From assembly GCF_006345805.1 (NCBI RefSeq), contig NW_021834968.1, positions 1 to 43,901 on the forward strand: a stretch of DNA of 43,901 nt, in the 5' to 3' direction. The notes below the pieces were generated by a model. The model had not been told where the DNA came from, did no database searches, and saw only the letters and a list, made by a program, of their open reading frames with translations. A program made the position numbers and the translations under genes. This DNA is from Octopus sinensis (lineage: Eukaryota). Shown one piece after another: positions 25,510 to 38,262 of this stretch; within the stretch, counting starts at the first letter, position 1, and each line of letters begins with the position of its first letter.

Positions 25510-25770
25510 TACCTTCCAAAAACAATCCTTAAGATTCTTTCAGAACATAGGGTGGTTCTTTTCTGTTGGTCGACAATGTGTGTCTCAACGCCAATCTCTT
25601 TCAATCTTTTAGGTAACATTTGGGGTTTTTCCAAGTGCACTAATAACTAGAGGAACAGTTCTGTTGGTCTTCCAGTCTCCTCAGCTGTCTAACAACATCC
25701 TGATATTTCTCATTTTTTTCTGTTTCTTTGGTATTGGCTTTGCTATCATAAGGAATTGCAAAATTTATGA
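25510..25770 (-). mobile_element. Dong/R4-type RLE C-terminal fragment
   Basis: 'KETEKNEKYQDVVRQLRRL', 'VPLVISALGK', 'LKEIGVETHI..QK..ERILRIVF'. Confidence 0.75.
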
Positions 25771-26025
25771 TGGTGGTGCAGATTGCTAGGTTTAATGCCA
25801 AAGGGACGAGCAATCTTACTTTGGATCTAAACAAGATAGGTATAAAAACGCGCACGTGCGCACACACACACACACGCACACACATACACACACGAGCTAT
25901 CTCTCCTGATTTTATAACCCTAGAAGTTAACCATCTATTTACTCTTAAACACTTTTACTTGTTTCAGTCGTGTGACTGGAGCACCATCTTATATTGTAAT
26001 TGTTTGTCGTACTGTTATTTTTATT

Positions 26026-26266
26026 TATATATTTATGGTGGCACCGACTTAGGTTTGTGTGTGTGTGAGAGAGAGGGAGAGAGAGAGAGAGAGAGAGAGA
26101 CGTGTCTTCAGATATCCATGACAGGTTTTTCTGTTACCTGCTATACTGTAGGGAATATGAAATTGTTAATAATTTGTGTAAAGTGAAAAGTGCATATCTT
26201 TGGAGGTTTCAACATTAGTCATCGTATCTTTTTGCGGAACACAGATAAGGTAAAGTGTGATATGTG

Positions 26267-26304
<38 letters not shown>

Positions 26305-26643
26305 CTTATGTTACAATTCCTACAATCTTTATGCGTCACGTCATTTTCCTCTTCTGATTGTTATTTAAGATAGCTATTATAAACTTTATGTAAGATGTCT
26401 ATCTTTTCCAGGAAAGCTAGAAGTTAGATTGGGGCTACCGATTAAGTATATGTTTACAGAATATTGAACTGATACAGCAAAATGACATCAATTCATGCAG
26501 TCTGACCAGCGCAGCTGCAAGTTAAGCCAACCACCATATGAGTCACGGACAAGCGAGTAGATGTATCGAAAGGCAAAGTGACATAGACGTAAACGCACAC
26601 AGACATACAAACAGACACACACACCACGTATAAACCGAATATT

Positions 26644-26677
<34 letters not shown>

Positions 26678-27175
26678 GTTAATCCAAACATGAAAGCACA
26701 AAAAAAAACACAACAACGCGAGGACGTGGAACAAATATAGTATTATTGGACGCTCAGGAAAGAAGGAGGGTTTAACGTTTCGAGCGGAGCTCTTCGTCGG
26801 AAACATAGGAGAAGGAAAGATCCAGAGAAGGGAAGACAGAGGAAAAAAATCGCCAACGGTATATGTGTGTGTGTGTATATATACATATATTTATGCGTGT
26901 ATGTGTGTATAATATTCAGAAAGTAGCTAAGTGTATGCAATGCTTTATAGAACATATACGTGTTTCAGTAAAATGCCGTAATAATTACATAACAGTTGTA
27001 GAAACATTATGCTATCTCACACTTTACCTTATCTGTGTTCCGCAAAAAGATACAATGACTAATGTTGAAACCTCCAAATATATGCACTTTTCTCCTTACG
27101 CAAATTATTAACAACTTCATATTCCCTACAGTATAGCAGGTAACAGAAAAACCTGTCATGGATATGTGAAGACAC

Positions 27176-27249
<74 letters not shown>

Positions 27250-27272
27250 AACCTAAGTAGGTGCCACCATAA

Positions 27273-27278
<6 letters not shown>
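26026..27278. repeat. Long inverted repeat: ~235-260 bp arms (26026-26260 / 27017-27278) around a ~755 bp spacer
   Basis: Arms are reverse complements including an embedded (GT)n(GA)n tract. Confidence 0.88.
26677..26858 (-). mobile_element. PLE-terminus-like repeat with variant hammerhead at 26770-26804
   Basis: Minus strand GTTT-CCGACGA-A-GAGC tcc GCTC-GAAA-CGT-T-AAAC. Confidence 0.65.
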
Positions 27279-27358
<80 letters not shown>

Positions 27359-27384
27359 ACACACATACATATATGCATATATTT

Positions 27385-27590
27385 GTGTGTGTACCTTTGT
27401 GTTCGTATTTGTCGCGCACCACCGTCGACAATTGATGCTGGCTTTTTTACGTCACGGTAACTTAGTGGTTCAGCAAAAAAGACAGCAATAGAATAATTAC
27501 GAGGTTTAGAAATAAGGGTTGGGGGCTGATTTGTTTGACTAATACCCTCAAGGCACTAAACCAGCATGGCTGCGATACAAAGAGTGGATC
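27385..27590 (+). mobile_element. Degenerate 3' half of SINE family A
   Basis: GATGCTGG..GTAACTTAGTGGTTCAGCAAAA..AGAATAA..CCAGCATGGCTGC. Confidence 0.6.
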
Positions 27591-27949
27591 AAGAAAAAGA
27601 AAAAATTAAAAGAAAATATTTAAGGTCGAAGCACACTCACACACACACACAATAACGCACACACATACATACAACACATGTACATGTATAATGTACGAGG
27701 TAATTTGCACGCACACGCACATTCACACACGCACACATTCTTTTATGAGTATGTATATATACACACATACAACCTATTGTAGAACTCAATATACAATGCT
27801 TGGGAACGGAGCGTTAGCCGAGTACAGAGCGATAAAATGAAAATGGGATGACAAATAAATAATCAATTATCTTATAAACGTTGGAGTTAATAAAAATAAT
27901 TGCTTGTTCCTTTGTCATTTCATTTTCCTTTGCTCACTCTCCCTCCTCT

Positions 27950-28470
27950 TTTAACTTCACTGTGTCCCTGTCATTTTTCTCTCCCTTCCTTAATTCTTCT
28001 GTCCCTCTGCCTCTACCTCTCTCTCTCTCTCTTCTCTCCCTACATGACCGGTGTTCGGCCAAGCCTGATCTTTCTATCTTGGTTCGGCCGTCGTCCGTGC
28101 AACATCTATATTCCTCCCTGTACCTGTGAAACCTTGTATCCCTTTATTTCCACACACGCCAGCTTAATTTAATTCGACTTAGTCGAAAGACATCTGTTGT
28201 TATGTCCTGTTGTTTATAGTTGTGTAACATTCTCCGTTTTTTCCCGTCCTTGTTTTCGTATACATTCGCTGCTTTCTTCCAGACAATCTAATGCTCTTAG
28301 CTTAGTTTTTCCTTGGGGCTGGCCAGATTGGAGCAATCTCGAGTATAACCAGCCGAAATTGCAGAGATAATCTGGAACTCGACTAAGAAAAGAAAACTCC
28401 GAATGACCCGTCCTTATTTTCTTTGTATCGTTTATCTGAATGGTTTGTTGTCTCTTTTTTGTATCACCTA
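27950..28470 (+). mobile_element. Unclassified non-coding dispersed repeat (related copies 36900-37480 on minus, 34575-34690)
   Basis: Shared ACCGGTGT.CGGCCA..GCCAGCT.AATTT.ATTCG..CGAAAGAC..CTGTTGTTAT and GCCGAAATTGC..GAAT...CCGTCC blocks. Confidence 0.6.
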
Positions 28471-28524
28471 ACTGTCCGGATGTTTTGCGTTCTTGTCCCA
28501 TTTTGTAGTATACACACACACACA

Positions 28525-28622
<98 letters not shown>

Positions 28623-28627
28623 CTTTT

Positions 28628-28863
28628 ATTCTTTTACTTGTTTCAGTCATTTGACTGCGACCATGTTGGAACACCACTCTTAGTCGAAGAAATTGACCCC
28701 AGGTCTTATTCTTTGTAAGCGTAGTACTTATTCTATCGAACTCATTTGTCGAACTGCTACACTTCTGGGACGTAAACACACAAACATCGGTTGTTAAGTG
28801 ATGGCGGGGTGAGGTTGGCACACACATACACACGCACAAACACACATACACACACACACACAG

Positions 28864-28898
<35 letters not shown>

Positions 28899-28995
28899 CT
28901 CAAACATATATATACATATGTACGACGGGCTTCTTTCAGGTCCTGTCTACGAAATCCACTCCCAAGATTTACCTAAGTAGAAGACATTTACCTAT
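28628..28995 (-). mobile_element. SINE family A, diverged, head truncated
   Basis: TTTTACTTGTTTCAGTCATTTGACTGCG tail; ACGACGGGCTTCTTTCAG block. Confidence 0.8.
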
Positions 28996-29310
28996 ATATA
29001 TGTATACACACAAATATTCGGTTTATACGTGGTGTGTGTATTTTTTTCTTGTTTGTGCGCGTTTACGTCGATGTCACTTTGCAAGTTTCTTACCACACAG
29101 TCTCACTGCGCCTATCATATATATATATATATATATATAGTTCCTTTGGTTTGTGTCTATGTTTACGTTTCTCTTTGTGTTCGACGTCCCTTTGGTGTCC
29201 TGTACTCATATATGCGTGTATATGTACATGTAGAGGTAGGTACGTACATATATGTTTATATATATGCATGTTTTATTTCATTTATTAATATATATATATA
29301 TATATATATT

Positions 29311-29850
29311 GTGTCAGGTCACTTTCGAGTGCTACTGGTAACATGTAACCCAGTACAACCTGTTGCATGGTCGGGTCGTCAGCGACTAAATCGGCAACCC
29401 CACTAAGCATGCTTAGTGAGGGGGGTGTTTATTGGACACCCTGCGGGAGGAAAATCGAAACCCGTCAAAGGGCGGATTAACTCTTGAGAGTCAACGGCCA
29501 TCCAATAAATGTCTTAAGGATGTATCATGCGCGGGGACATAGAAATAATTGGACTGAATACCCGATCGCGCGGTTAAACCATTGGGAGTGAAGGACTCCT
29601 AGCCTTTGTTAGGACATCCCTCTAGGAGAAGGTAACTCAGGTAACTGGGATAACTCCGACATAAAACCTGCGCCTCAGTAGTTACCGATGATGTTGACTT
29701 GTTCTTCTTTTCGGATTATGGCTGCTGTTGCTTAGTGAGTGGGATTGACTCAGTGCACAGCCTTTTCTCACTTAAAAAAAAATCTTCTTGCACAGGCATT
29801 GCACGATAACAACATTGATTAAGCTTCGTGCAATGGCTATACTCGATAAC
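29311..29850 (+). mobile_element. ~540 bp dispersed non-coding repeat, copy 2 (RTE 5' UTR-like)
   Basis: Matches 18387-18895 with ~33 extra 5' bases. Confidence 0.65.
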
Positions 29851-31006
29851 CAGGAGGCATATATATATAAACATATATATATAAATATGCAAAACATAAC
29901 AGATAAAGGGTTGAAATTCTAGGTGAATACTTTTTAAGTACTCTGCAGGAGTCTAACTTGGGCAACAAAACTGGCCAGAGTAAGTTATTGCAATCCAGGT
30001 AGTCCGTATAACTACATAACTCTGTTTGCGCTATTTGTTAATCCGTAGTTCATACATCAAAATATTCAGTATGTCACAGAGTATAGTAGAGAACGCAAAA
30101 GAATGGAGAATTACAATTTTTAATCAACTTACGTGCGCTTCGAAGACATGGATATTATGTAATTCTGCGATTTATCAATCCTTCATATTTGTAGGTTCGT
30201 CCTCTACAGAGATAGAGAAATTAACCCCAGCACGTCCTTTGTAAAGCCTGCACACGCTGCTAGGTATAGGTAACAGAGAACCATTAAGAGAGTAATAAAC
30301 TTAACAATTATGGCCAAAATGTGCAGGCTTACTCAGAAATTGTATGTTCGATGTAGTACTGAAATATGATATGACAAAAACTCTTACCTTTGTTAAACTG
30401 ACTGACCTTAACAAAAGTATAGTGGACGTAAATACATACAATAGATTCTCATGAGATAAATTATTTAGGTTATAATATAACGTATATAGCTCAGTATTAC
30501 CTTTAAATATAGGATTTGAGCTGAAGACAAGTTAGTTAATGAGAATCCCAAAGAAAATAATCAGTAAATTACTTACTAAGGAATGTATTCTATTTAAAAG
30601 AGATTTGTTATTGTTAAGAAATAAATAAACTTTAAAATTTAAGATAATTGCCTTATGGTTAAGATAACCAAAAGTAAAAAATAATCTTAAAGTAAAGTTA
30701 ATTAGAAATAAATCAAACAGAATAATGTTATATGTATATACAACACGCTTTAGACGATATGTGTTCATTGGGATTCTCCGGTATAAGGGGACTTTCAGAC
30801 ATACGCTCTTTCGACCTTGTTATGTCTCCTCAGTAAAAGATATCCCACCGAACCGTTCAATCTAACACGAGCACGATGTTTTGTTTATAGAAATCAGTAA
30901 ACAAATTCTTTGCCGATGCTGTTTGATGCCAGAACAGCAGGAATCCAAATAAACCATCTAGTCGCTCTTCATACGTTATGGCAAATGCCATCGTATCTCA
31001 TCGCAG

Positions 31007-31232
31007 GGAGCTGGCAGAATCGATAGCACGCCGGGCGAAATGCTTAGCGGTATTCTGTCTGCTGCTACGTTCTGAGTTCAAATTCCGCCAAGGTCTACTT
31101 TGCCTTTCATCCTTTCGGGGTCGACTAAATAAGTACTAGTTACGCACTGGGGTCGATATAATCGACTTAATCCGTTTGTCTGTCCTTGTTTCTCCTCTCT
31201 GTGTTTAGCTCCTTGTGGGTAGTAAAGAAATA
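31007..31232 (+). mobile_element. SINE family B with 15-bp TSD
   Basis: GGAGCTGGCAGAATC..GTTCTGAGTTCAAATTCC head; CGTATCTCATCGCAG duplicated at 30992-31006 and 31233-31247. Confidence 0.92.
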
Positions 31233-31315
31233 CGTATCTCATCGCAGTTGTTTTTCATCATAGAAGGGCACCACCTGTCTTTAGACGATGTGTGTTCAAA
31301 TTTTTGACGAAGAAA

Positions 31316-31389
<74 letters not shown>

Positions 31390-31984
31390 ACACAACAAGC
31401 TTGAAAAACCCCGATGACTCTAACTCCTACACCGGTAAATCGTTTATGTTATGAGCAAATATCTTCTAAAGAGAGGAGGTGTTCTCCGAAGACGCAAATC
31501 AGATATTCATGTTGGAATCTGCCAGAATGCATTAAGAGTGAATAGGTACGTTAGTTTTGGATCTCGGTGTCCTGCGTTTACCCCATGAATTATTAACCAG
31601 ATAAGAGTTTCGTTGATAGCTTTCGAATATTATTCCAACATATATCCAAACCATAGACTATTCAAGAGAAAATTGGTGCGGATTACTAGCCGAAAGAGCG
31701 AAACCATGAAACCAACAGTAGTGGTAATTATGAAACTCTCAGAATACATTTAAAAATTACTTTACATTTACATATTGTGTTCTGCAATTTATCACTTCTT
31801 GGTGAGTTAACAGAAATTTTGTACTCCATATTTTGGGGTTGGAGTACATACATGGTGGAGTCTCCTGTCCTAAACAACAGATGAGGGTTCTGCAGTTTGC
31901 TGATGAATAACCTTGACAGATGATTGGTTTACAGTGATCAAATGTTTGTGCTGTACATCAGATCACATCTATGAAATCGACATT

Positions 31985-32160
31985 GCCTACGCAAGTGCAG
32001 AGTGTGCAGCACGTCAGATGTCAAGGTGATTGTAGAGCAGCATGTAATTTAAAGGGGGTTTCTTTTTCTGGAGAACACAACGCACCGCCCGGTCCGGGAA
32101 TCAGAACAATACAGTCTCACGATCGTGAATGCAACACTGAAGCCACTAGGCCACGCGCAT
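31985..32160 (-). mobile_element. Degenerate tRNA-derived SINE head
   Basis: Minus strand GCGTGGCCTAGTGG..TGATTCCCGGACCGGGCGG resembles the head at 36829. Confidence 0.55.
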
Positions 32161-32161
32161 T

Positions 32162-32720
32162 CATACATACATACGTACGTACATACATGCATACATACAT
32201 ACATACATACATACATACATACATACATACATACATACATACATACATACATACATACATACATACATACCAGCATGCATATATACATACGTACATACAT
32301 ACATTCATATTTAACTTACGTACATACATACATACATACATACATACATACATACATTTATACTTACATACATAAATACATACATACCTGCATAGATACA
32401 TATATACATACATACATACGCACTTTCATATTTAACTTACATACATACGTACTTACATGCACACATACATACATACGTACATACATACGTACATACATAC
32501 ACACATACATACATACAAACGTACCTACATCCATCCATCCATACATACATACATACATACAAACACACATACATACATACATACAAACGTACATACATAC
32601 ATACATACATACATACATACAAACGCACATACATACAAACGTACATACATACATACATACATACATACATACATACATACATACATACATACATACATAC
32701 ATACAGCATACACATACATA
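32162..32720. repeat. Long imperfect (ACAT)n array
   Basis: Direct reading. Confidence 0.95.
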
Positions 32721-32989
32721 CTTGAGGGAGAGAAGGATTTACTAGCATGGTTTCTAACCTTTATACAAAGCCATTAATGTTTTGGTGAAGTTACAAGGCG
32801 GGGGTACTATTATTGTGAAGCACCGGAACGATGAAGTATGATAAAGTTGGCTTTGGCAGGATACGAACTCAGAATATAAAAATGATGTAAATAAACACCG
32901 CAAGGGATTTCGTCCGACCCTCTGACAACTCATCGATTATAATTTTTCGATTACGAAGAGTGCAATAGATTAGGATGATAAAGATAACG

Positions 32990-33528
32990 AAGTGATAATG
33001 ATGGCGATGATGATGACGATCAGCATCATCATCACAGCCCCCCCTCGTTGTTGTCGTCATCCTCAACTCCTCCATGATGTGAAGCTGGCGGACATAACGA
33101 ATGACGTTGTTGATGAAGAAGGAGAGGATGAGAAGAGGAAAGAAATGGAGAATCATCATCATTATCATCGTCGTCGTCGTCATTGCCGGCGTCGTCGTCA
33201 TTGCCGGCGTCGTCGTCGTCATCATCATCTCCATCGTCATCGTCAAGAACAGTAGTATGTTAAAAAAGAATTAATTATAAAGGAAAATGCGTGAGGACAG
33301 GAATTAATTAAAAAGAAGAATAAAAAACAAAAAGATAAAGGAGGGAAGCAAGGAAGAAAGAAAGAAAGAAAGGATGAAAGAAAGGATGCAAGGAAGGAAG
33401 GAAGAAAGAAAGAAAGAAAGAAAGAAAAAGGAAGAACCAATGAACGAATAAAAGAACGAAAAATAATGGAAGAAAGACAATCAAATACAAAGAAAAAAAA
33501 GAAAGAATTAATAGATGAATAAAACAAA

Positions 33529-33564
<36 letters not shown>

Positions 33565-33570
33565 AAAAGA
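32990..33570. repeat. (GAT)/(CAT)/(CGT) trinucleotide and (GAAA)n low-complexity region
   Basis: Direct reading. Confidence 0.85.
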
Positions 33571-35067
33571 ATCTTTCTGCTAATCAACCTGTCAAATAAA
33601 ATGGCCCGATGGAGGGAGGTGGAAAAAGTCCCTGTGAAACACCAGGAAAGGGAGTTTAGAGAAGAAAGAGGGCGGGCTTTGTAAGAAGGGGAAAGGAAGC
33701 GCATAACGCATCTCCCAGCATCCAATTGGCTATAATTGAGAAATTAGTAGGAGGGTTGAAAGGAAGTAAAGATGTGTGTGCATAAGTGTGCGTGTTTCTG
33801 TGTGTAGGCGTGTGTGTGCAGGCGTGTGTATGTGTGTGTGTGTGTATACACACTCATATATGTTATATAGCAGAATATAGCAACGGGAACTACCCCTCCA
33901 TACACCCACATAGACATGCGCACGCGTACACACACATGCTCATATGCACTCACACACACACACACACAGAACAAGTCTAAGTTGCTGAGTACCGGAAGAA
34001 GGAGAGGAGGAGAAGAGGAGAGACAGAGATTAAGAAACGTGAAGGAGAGAGTTTGAAAGAAATATAGTGGACGAATGTGTAAAGAAAGGGGGTAGCATGA
34101 AGGAAGTTAAAACAAAAGAATTAGAGAAAGGGGAAAGGAGAAACGGAGGGGTGCGCGTACCTGTATTACGTGTATGTATTTATGTATGAGTGTATGTCCG
34201 CGTGTGTGTGTGCGTGAGCGCACGCGTGCTTGAAGAAAAACAACTAAAAAAGAAAGAAGCAAGGGGACAAGGCACTCCTCTTTTCCGGTTTAAACAGCAA
34301 ATGGGATGTGGGGTTAATCGTCAGCAACGCCTTTCTACACAATCACGTACACAAGCAAACCAATGACGTATTGACAACGCCCATGTTTGATCTGCTAGAA
34401 TTAGCAACCAAATCACTGTCAAGTCGTACCGGACGGATTTCAATGGAAACGCTAATGAATTCTAGAAGACGGGACAGTCAAGCATGTAACTCTTTGATCA
34501 TAGTTTTGCTTCAACAAATAAACACAATATATACACAGACTCGTATATGTATATATATATATATATATATATTAATCAGCCGAAATTGCTAAGATGATCT
34601 GGTTCTTGACTGATGACTGAGGGCTTCGAATGTCCCGTCCTGTGGTTCTTGTGTCGTCTCTGTGGTGTTTCATGTTCTTGTCCATGTCTGTAATTATTTT
34701 TACTGTTTACCTATATATATATATATATATATACATATATATATACACGTTTATATATATATATATATATATATATACACGTTTATATATATATATACGT
34801 TTATATATATGTATAAAATCCTTAAAAAATCCTTTAAAATGTTATAGCCCGAAGGCCGTGGCCATGCTGGGGCACCACCGCTGAATGAGCTACACTAATT
34901 TGTGAATCCACCTCTGATACGTGGCACTTGATCAACAAGGGAGTTCGATGCTGCTGCCCGCATCCGCGTCTCCTGTCGTGAGGTAGGTTCATCTGGGACT
35001 CCCAACCAGAAGAGATCCAGTTTAGTTTTAAAGAAACCCACATCCACACCATGTAAGTCTCTAAGGC

Positions 35068-35121
<54 letters not shown>

Positions 35122-35123
<2 letters not shown>

Positions 35124-35552
35124 TCTTTACTCTTTTACTTGTTTCAGTCGTTTGACTGCGGCCATGCTGGAGCACCGCCTTTAATCGAGCAACTCGACCC
35201 CGGGACTTATTCTTTTTGTAAGCCCAGTACTTATTCTATCGGTCTCTTTTGCCTAAATCGCTAAGTAACGGGGACATAAACACACCAGTATCGGTTGTCA
35301 AGCAACACTAGGGGGACAAACACAAACACACAAACACACACACGCATATCACGTTCTTTATATATAAGTTTTATTCTATATATATATATACATATATACA
35401 ACGGGCTTCAGTTTCCGTCTACCAAGCCCACTCACGAGGCTTTGGTCGGCCCGAGGCTATAGTAGACGACACTTGCCCATGGTACCACGCAGTGGGACTG
35501 AACCCGGAACCATGTGGCTGGTAAACAAGCTACTTACCACACAGCCACTCCT
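35122..35552 (-). mobile_element. SINE family A
   Basis: Head and tail as in 20139-20552. Confidence 0.9.
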
Positions 35553-35614
35553 ATATATATGTATATATATATATATATATATATAAACACATCCATAGAC
35601 ACACATATTCGTTA

Positions 35615-35850
35615 TTCTTTTACTTGTTTCAGTCATTTGACTGCGGCCATGTTGGAGCCCCACCTTGAAGGGGTTTAGTCGACCCCAGGACTTTTTTATT
35701 TTTAAAAAAAAATCTAGTATTTCTTCTATCGGGGTATTTTGCTGAACCGCTAATTTACGGAGACGTAAACACACCAATAGCGGTTGTCAAGTGTTGATGG
35801 AGGGACAAACACAGACAAAAAGACATACATATACGCACGCGCGCACGCAC

Positions 35851-35890
<40 letters not shown>

Positions 35891-36124
35891 ACACAATCTA
35901 TATATATATATATATATATACGACCACAGCCTTGGGGATGAAACGTATAAAAGAACATATACGACGCCCTTCTTTTAGTTTCCATCTACCAAATTCACTC
36001 ACAATGATTTGGTCGGCCCGAGGCTATAGTAGAAATCACTTGCTCAAGGTGCTACGCTGTGGGACTGAACCCGGAACTATGTGACTGGGAAGCAATCGTT
36101 TTAACAGATAGCCACGCCTGTGCC
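35615..36124 (-). mobile_element. SINE family A, more diverged subfamily
   Basis: Same tail and head layout, expanded CA/TA centre. Confidence 0.82.
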
Positions 36125-36515
36125 TCAAAGTATTATGACCTCGACGTGATTTGCGCACACAGCCTTCTGATCTGGACTTTGACACCATGCCGTGGCGCCT
36201 CTTAGTCTTACGCACATTCACTGACACACATATACATAGGAGTCTTATTTCTTTTACTTGTCTGAGTCACTGAAGGGTTTAGTCAAAAAAATCCCCATCA
36301 CCACCACCACCACCACTACCAACCTCACTGCATTTATTACTCGAAGTCGGGTACTCGTCCTTTTGGTCTCTATTGCCAAGCCTTTAAGTTGCGGAGATTA
36401 AACAAACTAACAACGCTTGTCCAGAGGTGGCGCGTAACAAACACAAACACAAAGATAAATATGCACATAGATACACTCAGACACGCAGGCACACTAACAC
36501 ACGCAAACATAAAAA

Positions 36516-36562
<47 letters not shown>

Positions 36563-36570
<8 letters not shown>

Positions 36571-36829
36571 ACCGACCAGGCTATCAGATGTTGCTACACA
36601 TCGCTGGTCACAATGCGCTTCGCATTGTTTTAGCCTTCAAATGACGCCACCCCGCTGACTAAGCGAGCAGGCCAACAGAAGAAAGAGTGAGAGAAAGTTG
36701 CGGCGAAAGATCTCGCGGAGCTTTAGGTGTTTTCGCTCAATAAACACTCATAACTCCCGGTCTGGGAATCGAAACCGCGATCCTCCGACTGTGAGTCCGC
36801 TGCCCTAACCACTGGGTCATTGCGCCTCC
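36563..36829 (-). mobile_element. tRNA-derived SINE family C
   Basis: Minus strand GGAGGCGCAATGACCCAGTGGTTAGGG..GGTTTCGATTCCCAGACCGGG (A and B boxes) followed by unique body. Confidence 0.85.
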
Positions 36830-36831
36830 AC

Positions 36832-36874
<43 letters not shown>

Positions 36875-38082
36875 TGGAACAAGAACGCAATAGAGGACAT
36901 TAAAATGTTAGGAAAGATAGACGATACATAGGTGGATACGAGAAACAACAATTAGGACAGGCAAAAAAAGACGGTTCATTCTTCGCTTTCTTTCATCAGT
37001 CAAGTCCCAGAAGTCACGACCATTTCAGGCAGTTACACTTGAGATGGTTCGAGCTAGTTGCCCCCCCCCCCAATTCTAAGCTAAGGGCATTAGACCCCTT
37101 TGCGAATGTGTATGGCAACAAAGACAAAAAGAAACAAAAAAAAACGAAGAACATGGTACACAATTACAAATACAAACAGCAAGAAATAACAACAGGCGTC
37201 TTTCGAATGAGAACGAATGAAATTGAGCTGGCATGTATGAAGTGAAAGCCTAAAGGCAGGAACATGGAAGATGGACACAAGAGGTGTTGACAGTCGGCAG
37301 TCAGACCAAAAAAGATAGATCATGGCTGGCCGGACACCGGTCGTGTGGAAGGAGGAGAGATGGGCAGGGGACAATGGGATTGGAGGATTAGAAAAATATC
37401 AAAGATAAAGAGAAAGGTACAGGGGAGATAAACGAGTGGGAAATAGTGGGAGTTAAAGAAAGAGAGGGCCAAGAAACGTATATTCTCCGATTTAAAGCGA
37501 CATTTATATATAAACAAATTGACTGAACTTACAAAACATTCTGGTCTGTTTATAAATATATGTATATATATATTTATATATATATATATATATATATATA
37601 ATGTGATAAATAAAAATATATGCATACATCCAAACATATATGTACGTACCTACATCTACATGTATATATACATGCATATATAAATAATTATACGTGAGTA
37701 CAGGACACCACAATAAGACGTAGAAACGGGAAAATCAAAAAAACAAAAAAACAAGAAAAACAAAAAACAAAAAAACAAGAAAACGAAAAAAACAGTTACA
37801 GGACGTACTACACAAGGAAAAAACCCACGTCATCAGCTGTCGTAGTAGAGTCGAGAATGTTTCGAAGGCAGAGACAGAACACTAATCCACTAGGCCTTCC
37901 TGCGAGAGAATTAAAATAAAATTCCAAGCAGCGGGGCAAAATGAGTACGAACACGAATAGGACGTAACAATAAAACTGCAAAATTAAAAGTACATGTACA
38001 AAAAATACAAATAAATACAAAACGAGAAAATAAAAAGAGAATACGATACAGGAAATCAAACACACAAGAGCACGAACGAAAA

Positions 38083-38139
<57 letters not shown>

Positions 38140-38262
38140 GGGGGTTGTCAGCAATGAAGGACATGTGATGCTTCCTTCTTTCTACAAGGCCTTAGAGTTA
38201 ACTCTGCCGCCTACATTGAGGTCCTGGGAACAATTGTTAAGCCCTGGATAGACAGTGTATCT
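38140..38262 (+). mobile_element. Short Tc1/mariner (maT-like) transposase fragment
   Basis: 'GVVSNEGHVM' then, after a frameshift, 'GLRVNSAAYIEVLGTIVKPWIDSV'. Confidence 0.7.

Noticed and set aside
30532-30768. Hydrophobic AT-rich ORF suggesting a mitochondrial insertion (NUMT)
   Set aside because: No recognisable ND/COX/rRNA motif, and an adjacent hammerhead-like motif points to a PLE terminus; BLAST against the octopus mitogenome would settle it
31500-31550. Possible small exon AG|ATATTC..AATAG|GTACGT
   Set aside because: Weak polypyrimidine tract and no recognisable peptide; cannot be supported without RNA data
32869-33725. His/Arg/Thr-rich and Phe/Ser-rich ORFs as host exons
   Set aside because: Explained by trinucleotide and (GAAA)n low complexity; no domain or splice support
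34608-34642. GACTGATGA..GAA..CCGTCC motif as a hammerhead (also ~36970-37005 and ~39050-39097 on minus)
   Set aside because: GAAA box is GAAT/GAAG and no stem I can be formed around a valid NUH site
36760-36829. tRNA gene (also other SINE heads)
   Set aside because: tRNA-like A/B boxes continue into SINE bodies; no complete cloverleaf with acceptor stem
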